The notes beneath the pieces were generated by a model that ran no database searches, was not told the DNA's origin, and saw only the letters and a program-made list of their open reading frames with translations. Shown one piece after another: positions 49,896 through 59,285 of a stretch of 64,000 bases of DNA. This DNA comes from Candidatus Dojkabacteria bacterium. GTDB taxonomy: Bacteria; Patescibacteriota; Dojkabacteria; SC72. The stretch spans positions 3,962 to 67,961 of the forward strand of contig JBMNPD010000003.1 in assembly GCA_050943415.1 (NCBI GenBank). Direction: 5' to 3'. The position numbers and the translations under genes were made by a program. Position 1 is the first letter of the stretch. Each line of letters starts with the position of its first letter.

Positions 49896-51350
49896 TTACA
49901 ATTTATAATATTTAGAAGACCTTTTAATAGCTTCCTGTGTTACTCTCCAATACTTATCAAAATTAGATGGGAAATCCTGCCCGGGAGCACTATCTGTTTT
50001 GCTTTGAAAGAACCTTAACATTGTAGGTGAATCATCCCATAAGCACCACACACCAATTTCTAAACGTGTTTCTACTACTATTGCTTTACAGGGTGTAGCA
50101 ACAAAGTGCATCAAGGAATCTTCTGAATTACTAGATATTACTTTTTTCTTAGATGCTTGCTGAGGAGAAAGAGTTGCCTTATGTAGATATGTCATAGCTG
50201 CTGTAGCACAACCTTCAGCTTCACACTCATATGGATCTCCAAATATTGAAGACATTTCAATCATTATATTTACTGGTCCAGTACAATCTCCTGTAGGACC
50301 AACATCTTCACAATCTTCATCTCCTTCTTCGCATTTTATACCGTGACAAGCATTCCATTCTGCTCTACTAAATGAATCCTCAAATACTCCTTTAATTCTA
50401 GCAACAATTTTCCAACACGCAGTTTCTAGGCCGTAATTCATTTCTGTTCTTAGATTCCCAACATCTAAGCAGCCATCTTCTGGTTCTATATCATACTTAT
50501 CTCCTCCTGGTATTTGTTGACGCCAATATAGTCCATCTTCATTATCAGAAGCCACATAGTTACTTTTGCCACCATTAAAATCCGATACGGCTACTTCTGG
50601 AGCACAAAATGTTTTCGGATCATGATCAGCATTTTTGATAATATACTCTCCTGATTCTAAAAGTTCAGTTATCTTTGGGTAAGCAATGAGTGATCCCTTA
50701 ACCATGAATTGCTGTCTTACTGTACCATCTATATTCTTTCGAAAAGTTTCTGCTTCTTTTGGTGCAAGAGCTCTACTTTGAGCAGCTTCGTCCAACACTT
50801 CTCCACTAGAATTGTAAGAAGGATCCCTAGAAGTAATTGTTTTTGTACTATTTTCAAAACCATCTTGACCTAACCAATATCCTAATGGATAAGTTACTTC
50901 TACTAATTGTATCTCTGCATCTTTATCGACAATGACATCTCCACCTACTACCGTACCATCTTTGTAGTCAATAGTACCAGTACCATCTGAACATAAAAGA
51001 GTATCTGATTCTAGTCGATTTGCCACGCTATAACCTCTTTTGCATGACCAAGCTGTTCCCCTGCCCACTATACTACTGGACCCTAAAACAACTTCTGTAA
51101 TATCTACTGTTTCCGAAGCAGGTAGTATCGTAACCTTCATACCATTTTCTTCTGGAAGTATCTTTTCTTCTACTACCTTAGATTTTACTCCACCACAACT
51201 TGTACATTCTTCTGTAGATATTACTTTTATCTCAGTAGCCTTTGTTCCTATATTGATTCTGTTTGTAATTTTTACAACAAAGAAAGAAAACGTTACTAAC
51301 ATTATTAAGAAATAGAGACCTTTTTTGTTTTTTCTTCTTGGTTGCATCAT
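49896..51350 (-). CDS. Cys-rich, acidic, membrane-anchored secreted protein
   Basis: N-terminal TM; many cysteines; family not recognised. Confidence 0.7.
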   Translation of the reverse strand: MMQPRRKNKKGLYFLIMLVTFSFFVVKITNRINIGTKATEIKVISTEECTSCGGVKSKVVEEKILPEENGMKVTILPASETVDITEVVLGSSSIVGRGTAWSCKRGYSVANRLESDTLLCSDGTGTIDYKDGTVVGGDVIVDKDAEIQLVEVTYPLGYWLGQDGFENSTKTITSRDPSYNSSGEVLDEAAQSRALAPKEAETFRKNIDGTVRQQFMVKGSLIAYPKITELLESGEYIIKNADHDPKTFCAPEVAVSDFNGGKSNYVASDNEDGLYWRQQIPGGDKYDIEPEDGCLDVGNLRTEMNYGLETACWKIVARIKGVFEDSFSRAEWNACHGIKCEEGDEDCEDVGPTGDCTGPVNIMIEMSSIFGDPYECEAEGCATAAMTYLHKATLSPQQASKKKVISSNSEDSLMHFVATPCKAIVVETRLEIGVWCLWDDSPTMLRFFQSKTDSAPGQDFPSNFDKYWRVTQEAIKRSSKYYKL

Positions 51351-53218
51351 AGATTATTAACCATTTTACCTTTATATCTCTTATTTTTGCCTGATTTAAA
51401 GTATATTACACTTCCCACAACAATTAAAGTAAAAGATGCTAACAAAGCGTAAATCATATCCTCTACCACTCCCGTTTTTGGTATTGAGCCACTTGTAGCA
51501 GTAATGTTTTCATTTGATGTTGTCGATATTGACGGATTGCTTACAGGTAAAGATGATCCATCTGTTGCTCCAACTATACCGTAATTTGTTAATTTTGGAA
51601 TTTTACTTGTAGATGTACTTGTTGGAATTGATGATATATCTTTCAGATCTACATCTATATCTATACTTTCCACATCTTTCATCGTTGTTGTTTGTGTTTT
51701 AACATCAAATGTTGTCATTATATCCAAAGTTATTCTATCTGGAGATGTATATTCAAAATATTTAGTACCATCTTCACTCCAACTGTTTGATACTGTTAGG
51801 GTAAATAGGCCAGCATCTCCTATTAGTGTAGCAATCGGAAGACTTTTACCTAATGTACCAGTTTCGTCAGTATCTTCTATACTTGCTATCAAAATTCCTT
51901 CTCCATGTGATGGCATGTTGCTAAATTTTCCTTTTATGCTCTTAAATGCAGGAGGTGAACTTAATGTTGCAAACGAGTCTATACTGTATTTAGCACCGTT
52001 ATTATCGTAAGTATTTTGTCCTGATTTTATTTCATAGTAATATGTTGTTTCTGGTTGTAGCTTTGATACATCAACATAGTGTACATAGTATTCTCCTTGT
52101 GATACTAAACCATCTCTAGTATCTTTAGCTGTACTGTTTAAGTTTGACTTACTTGTTCCATAATTTACAGATCCTTTTTCTTTTTCTTTTGAAACCCAGA
52201 TCACTGTAAATCCAGTATCTGTAAGATTCGTTACTTTTACACTCTTCTCTCCTGTAACTGTAGTTGTTACTGGTGATACTGCCTTAGTAGAGAGATTTTC
52301 CCAAGGTAATTGGTGAACTATTCTGTATATCCTTTTAAAAGTTTCTTCCTTTGGTTCAGGAGTTGGTGCAGGCGTGGGGGTTGGCGCTGGTCTAGGAACG
52401 GGTGTTGGTGTAGGAGTCGGTATCTCGTCATATGCAACTAGTTTTGCTCCATCAGGTATAAACGAATACATATCTGTTCTTTCTGCCAATGCTAGAGTAT
52501 TTGATGCTGTTAATTGTCCATCGTTATTAAAGAGTGATGAATATACCCCTTCTACTACTGCTCCTCTATTTGTTTCTGAGATTGCTACTATGGTTATGCT
52601 CGTAGTATTTGAGATTGTAACTAGACTTTTATCAGAGATGCTTCTTAAGGATGCTAGATCTATCAACCAAGTTCCTTTGTCTTCTTTTACTACAGCAGAG
52701 ACAGGGTATGTTGATTTGTCACTTAGTATTGCATAGATTATTGGGTTGTCTCCTGATTTCATTGTAATAGATCCAAATATTGGGTGTGGTGTTACTTGTT
52801 GTGGTGTAATAGATGGTGTGGTGAATGTGAACTTTTTACCTCCTTGTGCTGCATATTTGTCTGTCCCAGAAAGAATTGTAAAATCATATGTAGTGCCTTG
52901 TTCTAGGTTATCTACAGTTACATAGTGAGTTAGTTTTCTTCCTGAACCTCTTGTGTCTGTTACTTGTGATTTTTGTGTTCCGTTTTGGTATACAATTACA
53001 CCTCCTGTTAGTGGTGAGTCTGTTATCCATGAAATGTTTATGGAATTGGTAGTTATATCACTAACTACTACATTTTTTGGTTGTGTGTCAGCTGAAGCGT
53101 TGATAATTATTTGAACCACCTTGTATGTTGCAAACAGTAGTATTGGTAATCCTATGATGAGGATTGTTAATACTATATTGTTTTTAGTTCTTCTCTTAGG
53201 AAGTTGAGCAATTTTCAT
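51347..53218 (-). CDS. Fibronectin type III repeat surface protein with Pro/Thr linker and IPKTG sorting-like signal
   Basis: Two FN3-like units (ISWITD...THYVTVDNL..GTTYDF; VIWVS...HYVDVSKLQPETTYYY); C-terminal IPKTG, TM and basic tail. Confidence 0.8.
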   Translation of the reverse strand: MKIAQLPKRRTKNNIVLTILIIGLPILLFATYKVVQIIINASADTQPKNVVVSDITTNSINISWITDSPLTGGVIVYQNGTQKSQVTDTRGSGRKLTHYVTVDNLEQGTTYDFTILSGTDKYAAQGGKKFTFTTPSITPQQVTPHPIFGSITMKSGDNPIIYAILSDKSTYPVSAVVKEDKGTWLIDLASLRSISDKSLVTISNTTSITIVAISETNRGAVVEGVYSSLFNNDGQLTASNTLALAERTDMYSFIPDGAKLVAYDEIPTPTPTPVPRPAPTPTPAPTPEPKEETFKRIYRIVHQLPWENLSTKAVSPVTTTVTGEKSVKVTNLTDTGFTVIWVSKEKEKGSVNYGTSKSNLNSTAKDTRDGLVSQGEYYVHYVDVSKLQPETTYYYEIKSGQNTYDNNGAKYSIDSFATLSSPPAFKSIKGKFSNMPSHGEGILIASIEDTDETGTLGKSLPIATLIGDAGLFTLTVSNSWSEDGTKYFEYTSPDRITLDIMTTFDVKTQTTTMKDVESIDIDVDLKDISSIPTSTSTSKIPKLTNYGIVGATDGSSLPVSNPSISTTSNENITATSGSIPKTGVVEDMIYALLASFTLIVVGSVIYFKSGKNKRYKGKMVNNL

Positions 53219-53266
53219 TATGAAATATGATACCTTTTAATGGAGTCTGTGACAATGTTCCTCTAT

Positions 53267-53554
53267 TTATTCTTTTTCGGTAGTATCTTTTTTGATTCCA
53301 GTGATTATTCCGTTTACCACAGATATTGCTGCTCCTATCCCTCTTACTGGTTTTATTATTAGTGTATTTATTTCGTTTAATGTTTCTGTTATGGATGTAA
53401 TTGATGTTTGTAGGTCTTTGATTATGGGTTCTGTTTTTGATACTGTATCTCTGCTTTCTTTAAGTAGCATTGCTAAGTAGTAGAGTACTACACATAGCAT
53501 TATTGTTAGTATTGATACTATTATCATCCAAAATATTGGTGGTACTGTTTCCAT
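53267..53554 (-). CDS. Small TM and coiled-coil protein (DUF948/YoxC-like)
   Basis: N-terminal TM followed by amphipathic helices. Confidence 0.6.
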   Translation of the reverse strand: METVPPIFWMIIVSILTIMLCVVLYYLAMLLKESRDTVSKTEPIIKDLQTSITSITETLNEINTLIIKPVRGIGAAISVVNGIITGIKKDTTEKE

Positions 53555-53577
53555 TGTTTTTCAATTTAACAAGTTAT

Positions 53578-56500
53578 TTACATACTTTTACTGTTAGCAC
53601 ATTTACCATTATGTGTTCCTCCTTCATGCCAGAGAAGGGAACCACAGTTGGTATCTTTTGGTTCGAATTTGTTAATACGGATGAAGTAGCCATTACTAGA
53701 ACTGATGGGGTAATCGAATCCGTATTCTTGACCATCGGTTAGTTGTAAGCCTTCGTATTTACCTTTAGAAGTGGGCCACCATGAGATGTTGTTAGCTGTT
53801 AAACCTTCTACTTTGTTGATACTATCTAACAAACTACGTGCGGTATATATCTGTGAATAACCGTGAACACCTACTAAGTTCCAACCTGCACTAAGGTTTA
53901 TTGGAACACTGCTAGTTATTTTATGACCAGGTATACTTACTTCAGTGGTATTAGTTGTATATATGAGATAGCCTCTACCTGGAGTTACACTGAAGTCTTC
54001 GCCTGTAACTTCTCCATTTACATATCCAATACCTTTCCATCTACCGTCAGAGAAGTAAGAGAAGTGTTCAACTCGAGCTCCTTTGTTAATTAACCATTTA
54101 AGTAGACTAGATGCCTTGGTATATTCATCGTCATCTAGTTTAGGTATGTAATCAAAGGATATGAGGTTGACTCCTTGTTTAAGGTTGAGGGTCATTACAT
54201 CTGCACTTTTTTTGTATTTGATATCTAAAGCATCTGATTTTAGTACATAGTCTTCTCCTACTTTAGGGTTGTCAGGATCTGCAGGGAATTGGAGACCGGC
54301 TACACCATTCATTTCAATATAGAAGATACGAAGATTGTTTTCTCCTCCTTCTACTTTTTCATTTTCAATTAGACCATTTACTTCCATATCATAGAAACCG
54401 TATTCTGGAAGATATGTGATGTAGCCACTACCTGTAGCATTTATTTCTGAAGATTGATCATTAACACCAAGGACAGAGTCAGAAATACCATGAGCATCCC
54501 CTTTATCTTGGACTAAAGGTTTACCTAAGCAATCTACAAACTCATCATCACTCTCTTTTGTACATTCGGTAAATCGTTTACTAAGGGAAGTTACTGCTTC
54601 AATTCTTTCGCTAACAAGAGAAGAAACTGTTGTAGGATTATTACTATCTCTTGCTTGTTGGATAGAATTGTTAAGCGCTAAAACTTCTTCTCCTGCAGTA
54701 TTCGACAGATATGTAATTAAAACGTTATAATTTTCAACATAACCATCAGGTGTGGTAACAGACTTTAACTTGATTTCTATTGGTTCTTGATCATATTTAC
54801 ATTCGATAACAATATTATCACAAGCATCTTTTTCACAGACAACCTCTTTAAACGCCATAATCTTTTGTATTTCCTCATTTGTTAAAATTTTACTTGGTTT
54901 GTCTGTCTCTTTCCCGTCATCTTGTACAATCTCTGTTGTTTGACCATTTTGTGCAACCTCCTCTTTGTTAATAAAACCACAATCTTGTCTCTCACCTGCT
55001 TTACAATCATTATACTTAATTACATTTTTATTATGATTTTCTCTTAAAATACTCAACTCTTCAAGAGTAATTTTGTCCTTTTCTAGAAGTTCAGAAAAAG
55101 CTACACCTAAATTAGGATATGACTCCAATTCTATTGTTTCCTTTAACATATCAGAATTTACATTTTTAAGGTCAAGATCAAATGTACCATTATCATTGTA
55201 TACTAAAACCATATCTTTATCCCCTACTTTAAAAGGTATTTGTTTCTTATCATCAACAACAGTTTCTATACTTTCTTTCTGTAAGTTGAAAAAATTATCT
55301 ACTGCTTCTTCACTGTATTGATTGCTAGTTAATAATTTTGAAGCAAACTCCGTACGATACACAATATTTTTTGATTGAATTTTTATACTACACCAATTTT
55401 CAAATTGACTGCCAATACATACAGTACAATCTCCACCACATTGTTTTTTAATGACGTTTTGAGTTTCTTTATCAAAAATATCCAACGACAATCCATCAAT
55501 TGTAAAATCCCCTTTTTCATCCGTTTTAACATCTGCAACCCTATAAGGTTGTTTTCCACTCTCTGTTATAGCGGCTATACTTACACATTTACCTCCATTA
55601 CAAACTTGACCACTTCCACATTGAACACCTGCACAAGCATCATATGCACCGATCTGAATAGGTTTACCTGGAGTTATATATATAGGTTTATAAGTACAAA
55701 CATTATTTTTATCACATTTTTCAATAGTTTCCCTTACTGTCACATTATCACTTTGTGTATTATATCCAGCAATTGCATTCGCATTTCCAACAAGGACTGT
55801 CTGCTTCATTGCTGGATCCATATTATTATTGCCTGCAAGACCCATATAATCTAACACTGCATTATCTATTACCCCTCCTTTTTCATTAGCTAACAACCTT
55901 GCAACATTTCCGTATCCTATTTCCTTCATTTTTTCATCTGCTTTCTTTCTATATTCTGCAGCCTCTTCTTCACTTAAATTTTCATCATTAGCCTTCTCTA
56001 ATGCTTCGAACAATGGTGTTGTATGTGCTGGTGTAATCCAACTTGGAATATTAAATTTATTTGCAGGTTGAGTTTGAGAACTAGAAGTTTGTCCAGAAGA
56101 TCCTTCATCTCTTTGCTCTCCTTCTTCCGAATTATTAACTGTTCCAGTATCAACTGTATCAGTACCAGGTCCCCCTGATTCAAGAGAAACAACTGCTTCT
56201 TTATTGGTAGATTCTGTGACTTTATTATAAATAGCAGTCAACAAACCACTTGTTAATCCACCTAGAATGGTATTAGTAATTATCATATTAGTAGGAGTTG
56301 GTGTTTCATTATTTACATCTCCCTCCTCGTTCGCACGCACACTCTTAATAAAGTTATCCTCATTCATACTTAAATCCTTCTCCCATTCATCACTAACTAC
56401 TAGATCTGGATATGCTATTGAGCTATTTCCATAAACCCAATCATAGGGATCACTCAATGTATAGTTCTCATATTGTGCATACGCTTTAATCATATCCTGA

Positions 56501-57300
56501 CCCTCTTCTACTATTATTGGTTCTCCCTCTATTGTTCTAATGTTATTACCATCTAAATACCAACTACCATTATCTGCGGTAACACTACTGTAATATATTG
56601 ATTCTTTATCCAAATAACCATTTACAAACTTAATATATACTATTGAATCATTTACATAGTTTCCTTTATCATTAACTACCTTACCAAAGATAGGGGCCGG
56701 AGCTTTCACCTCTCTATTTAATGTATAGAAAGTTGCACTCTTGTTAATATCCTTCTTCCAACTAATCAAACCATCTCCTACTCTAAAGTAATACTCCTTG
56801 TTAGCATCCAAATTCTTTAATGTTACATGGTGTGTAAAATAATTACCAAATCTTCTTACCTTCACACTATCACAATCGTAGTTACTAGTATCTACTACAA
56901 AATCTTCACTAACCTTAGCTTTTTCGTTAAAATCGTCTACACATTTCTTCTCTGCTTTTGCTATATCCCTATCATCATAGGCCACATCTGCGCCTATCCA
57001 ACTTAAAGGACCAGGAAGAATGCTATCCTTCTCCTTATAATACACTACTCCTCGCATAGGATAGTTAGTCATCCAAGAGACTGTAAAAGATGTATCTGTG
57101 ACATTAGTTAATCTTACATCGTGTGGCTTGAAAAATATTGATAAAAATAGCTGAAAGCCTAAATACAACACTAACACTACACCCAACAGTATTCCAAAGA
57201 TTTTTGATACTTTCTTTAAAATTCTCTTTGCTTTCTCTCCTCTATACTTATTCTTATCAATATTTTCTGTATATGCAAAACCACTTATCTGATTATCCAT
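53578..57300 (-). CDS. 1240-aa FN3-containing surface protein with Cys-rich segments and a duplicated C-terminal domain
   Basis: N-terminal TM; FN3 (FTVSWMT...THHVTLKNL...YYFRV); C-terminal repeats LKQGVNLISF and LSAGWNLVGV. Confidence 0.8.
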   Translation of the reverse strand: MDNQISGFAYTENIDKNKYRGEKAKRILKKVSKIFGILLGVVLVLYLGFQLFLSIFFKPHDVRLTNVTDTSFTVSWMTNYPMRGVVYYKEKDSILPGPLSWIGADVAYDDRDIAKAEKKCVDDFNEKAKVSEDFVVDTSNYDCDSVKVRRFGNYFTHHVTLKNLDANKEYYFRVGDGLISWKKDINKSATFYTLNREVKAPAPIFGKVVNDKGNYVNDSIVYIKFVNGYLDKESIYYSSVTADNGSWYLDGNNIRTIEGEPIIVEEGQDMIKAYAQYENYTLSDPYDWVYGNSSIAYPDLVVSDEWEKDLSMNEDNFIKSVRANEEGDVNNETPTPTNMIITNTILGGLTSGLLTAIYNKVTESTNKEAVVSLESGGPGTDTVDTGTVNNSEEGEQRDEGSSGQTSSSQTQPANKFNIPSWITPAHTTPLFEALEKANDENLSEEEAAEYRKKADEKMKEIGYGNVARLLANEKGGVIDNAVLDYMGLAGNNNMDPAMKQTVLVGNANAIAGYNTQSDNVTVRETIEKCDKNNVCTYKPIYITPGKPIQIGAYDACAGVQCGSGQVCNGGKCVSIAAITESGKQPYRVADVKTDEKGDFTIDGLSLDIFDKETQNVIKKQCGGDCTVCIGSQFENWCSIKIQSKNIVYRTEFASKLLTSNQYSEEAVDNFFNLQKESIETVVDDKKQIPFKVGDKDMVLVYNDNGTFDLDLKNVNSDMLKETIELESYPNLGVAFSELLEKDKITLEELSILRENHNKNVIKYNDCKAGERQDCGFINKEEVAQNGQTTEIVQDDGKETDKPSKILTNEEIQKIMAFKEVVCEKDACDNIVIECKYDQEPIEIKLKSVTTPDGYVENYNVLITYLSNTAGEEVLALNNSIQQARDSNNPTTVSSLVSERIEAVTSLSKRFTECTKESDDEFVDCLGKPLVQDKGDAHGISDSVLGVNDQSSEINATGSGYITYLPEYGFYDMEVNGLIENEKVEGGENNLRIFYIEMNGVAGLQFPADPDNPKVGEDYVLKSDALDIKYKKSADVMTLNLKQGVNLISFDYIPKLDDDEYTKASSLLKWLINKGARVEHFSYFSDGRWKGIGYVNGEVTGEDFSVTPGRGYLIYTTNTTEVSIPGHKITSSVPINLSAGWNLVGVHGYSQIYTARSLLDSINKVEGLTANNISWWPTSKGKYEGLQLTDGQEYGFDYPISSSNGYFIRINKFEPKDTNCGSLLWHEGGTHNGKCANSKSM

Positions 57301-57362
57301 AACACATGGCAGTCAAATTATATGTACATATATATAACTAAATCCAAGAGAAAAAGTCAAAC

Positions 57363-58346
57363 TTAATCATGGATTAACACATAATCACCTTTTTCAAAAA
57401 TACCATACAAATATTTTGCATCCTCTACTAGCATTCGTATACATCCACCACTAATCCGTTTACCAATATTACTTTCAGACTCTACCCACCTACTACCATC
57501 AGATCTGGGTATCCATATCAATCCGTGTAAACCATACCAAGTCGATTTAGTAGGTTCATAGTAAAACGCCATCCAGTAAGGCATATATTTATTACCTGGT
57601 GCTATCGGTTGTAAACCCTTATCCACTATCTTGAATACACCTCTTACTGATGAATCTTCTCTAGCACCTGAAAGGAATATTTCTCTAACAACTACACCAT
57701 CAATCCAGACATAAAGCTTTTGTTGAGTATTATCTACTTCTATATATTTGTATGCAAACTTTCCATCAGTTGAAGCTGTCATTATAGATGGAATCTCTAC
57801 AATTATGTCATGCTCACCACTACGATATTTAGTATTTAATGAATTGTAAACAACAGTATAATTAGGAACATACTCTGAAATTCTACTGAGGTATTCTCCT
57901 TTTGAGTTTTTGACTAATTCTTTTTTCGAATACAAAGGAGAAAAATATTTCTCTACATCTGAGTGCACCCATGTGTTAAATAGGTCTTTAGATATGTCTC
58001 CATCTTGAATCATCTTAAGAAACTTTTCGTTTTCTAACTTTTTGCAAAAATCCATATAACAGAAAAGAATATTGTAATTTGGACTATCTGTGACTCCAAC
58101 AACTTCTGTAGTACTAGCAGAAGCTACTGTAGGAATTAATGTCTCTACTTCCACCTCCTTTATATCCTCTTGTATGTATTTCACTAAATCTTCGTTCCTA
58201 TTCTTAGAAAGCATTAAAAGACCTATCAGTAACATTGCAAAGGACCAAATACACAAAACAAAAATAAGAAGATTCTTACTTTCCAACAATCCTTTAGAAA
58301 GAAATTTCATAGCAAATAATGTATATGAAAAAACCGTATATTTCAA
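57363..58346 (-). CDS. L,D-transpeptidase (YkuD domain)
   Basis: YIEVDNTQQKLYVW, YMPYWM, GLHG...ISGGCIRM (HxnC catalytic pattern); N-terminal TM. Confidence 0.88.
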   Translation of the reverse strand: MKYTVFSYTLFAMKFLSKGLLESKNLLIFVLCIWSFAMLLIGLLMLSKNRNEDLVKYIQEDIKEVEVETLIPTVASASTTEVVGVTDSPNYNILFCYMDFCKKLENEKFLKMIQDGDISKDLFNTWVHSDVEKYFSPLYSKKELVKNSKGEYLSRISEYVPNYTVVYNSLNTKYRSGEHDIIVEIPSIMTASTDGKFAYKYIEVDNTQQKLYVWIDGVVVREIFLSGAREDSSVRGVFKIVDKGLQPIAPGNKYMPYWMAFYYEPTKSTWYGLHGLIWIPRSDGSRWVESESNIGKRISGGCIRMLVEDAKYLYGIFEKGDYVLIHD

Positions 58347-58448
58347 GAAAAAACAACTAATCTGCCTAAAATATCCACATAATTAAGACCTTGTAAATTA
58401 ACTACAAAGTTAGATCTAAATTCGGACAAATAGATGAAATGAGAGTTT

Positions 58449-58471
58449 TTTAACTCATAGCATCTTAAATA
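58449..58471 (+). repeat. Copy of the dispersed 23-bp intergenic motif
   Basis: TTTAACTCATAGCATCTTAAATA; 2 mismatches to 1060-1082. Confidence 0.75.
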
Positions 58472-58547
58472 TTGGTTAAATATATTGAAATTAGATCCTA
58501 TTGTAGAGCCTTTTCTTCTGTCTCGAAGGTAGTATATAATACATGAT

Positions 58548-59285
58548 ATGCAAAAGTACTATATTAGGCATAAGCTATCATTAGGTGATATTACATACCT
58601 ATCAGATTCTGATAGTAGAAATGTAATCGCTCAAAACTTGCTCGATATCGAAGATATTGTAGAAATAGAAACATATGAAAAGAGGTTTCTTGCTCAAGTT
58701 ACTAATATTCAAAAGAATTCAGTAGAGGTTGAGATCATTGAAGATTTAGGAGAAAGGGAATCTGAATATGTTCCAAATATTACAATTATTCAATCATTGA
58801 GTAATGATTCTAAATTTAATTACTTCATTGAGAAGAGCGTAGAGATTGGTATAGAACGAATTATTCCAGTTGAAACCAAGTATTCTTTGAAAAGCGTAAA
58901 GAAAGCACAGAAGGATTATGAGTATTGGAATAAGTTGGTTAAAGATGCCACTGAGCAGTCTAGAAATATATTTCCTACGATAATAGATAAACCTATACAT
59001 ATTTCTGAATTGAATGAAAAGAATATTGTTAAAGATTCTGTAAGAATTTGCTTAGCAACAGAGGTTGATAATTCTAAATATTTGTCAGATTTGGTTAAGG
59101 AGTTAGACTTTTCTAAACCAGTATATATTGCTATTGGTCCCGAGAGTGGTTGGGATATTTCTGATATAGATATTTTTAAGAGGCTAGGTTTTGATTTTGT
59201 TAAATTAAAAGGTAATATTTTGCGAACTGAAACAACTGGTTTAGTGATTGGTAGTATAATTAAGTATATTAAAGGAGATATTTAA
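58548..59285 (+). CDS. rsmE: 16S rRNA m3U1498 methyltransferase
   Basis: IEKSVEIG, ATEQS.N, IGPESGW, ILRTETT. Confidence 0.92.
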   Translation: MQKYYIRHKLSLGDITYLSDSDSRNVIAQNLLDIEDIVEIETYEKRFLAQVTNIQKNSVEVEIIEDLGERESEYVPNITIIQSLSNDSKFNYFIEKSVEIGIERIIPVETKYSLKSVKKAQKDYEYWNKLVKDATEQSRNIFPTIIDKPIHISELNEKNIVKDSVRICLATEVDNSKYLSDLVKELDFSKPVYIAIGPESGWDISDIDIFKRLGFDFVKLKGNILRTETTGLVIGSIIKYIKGDI

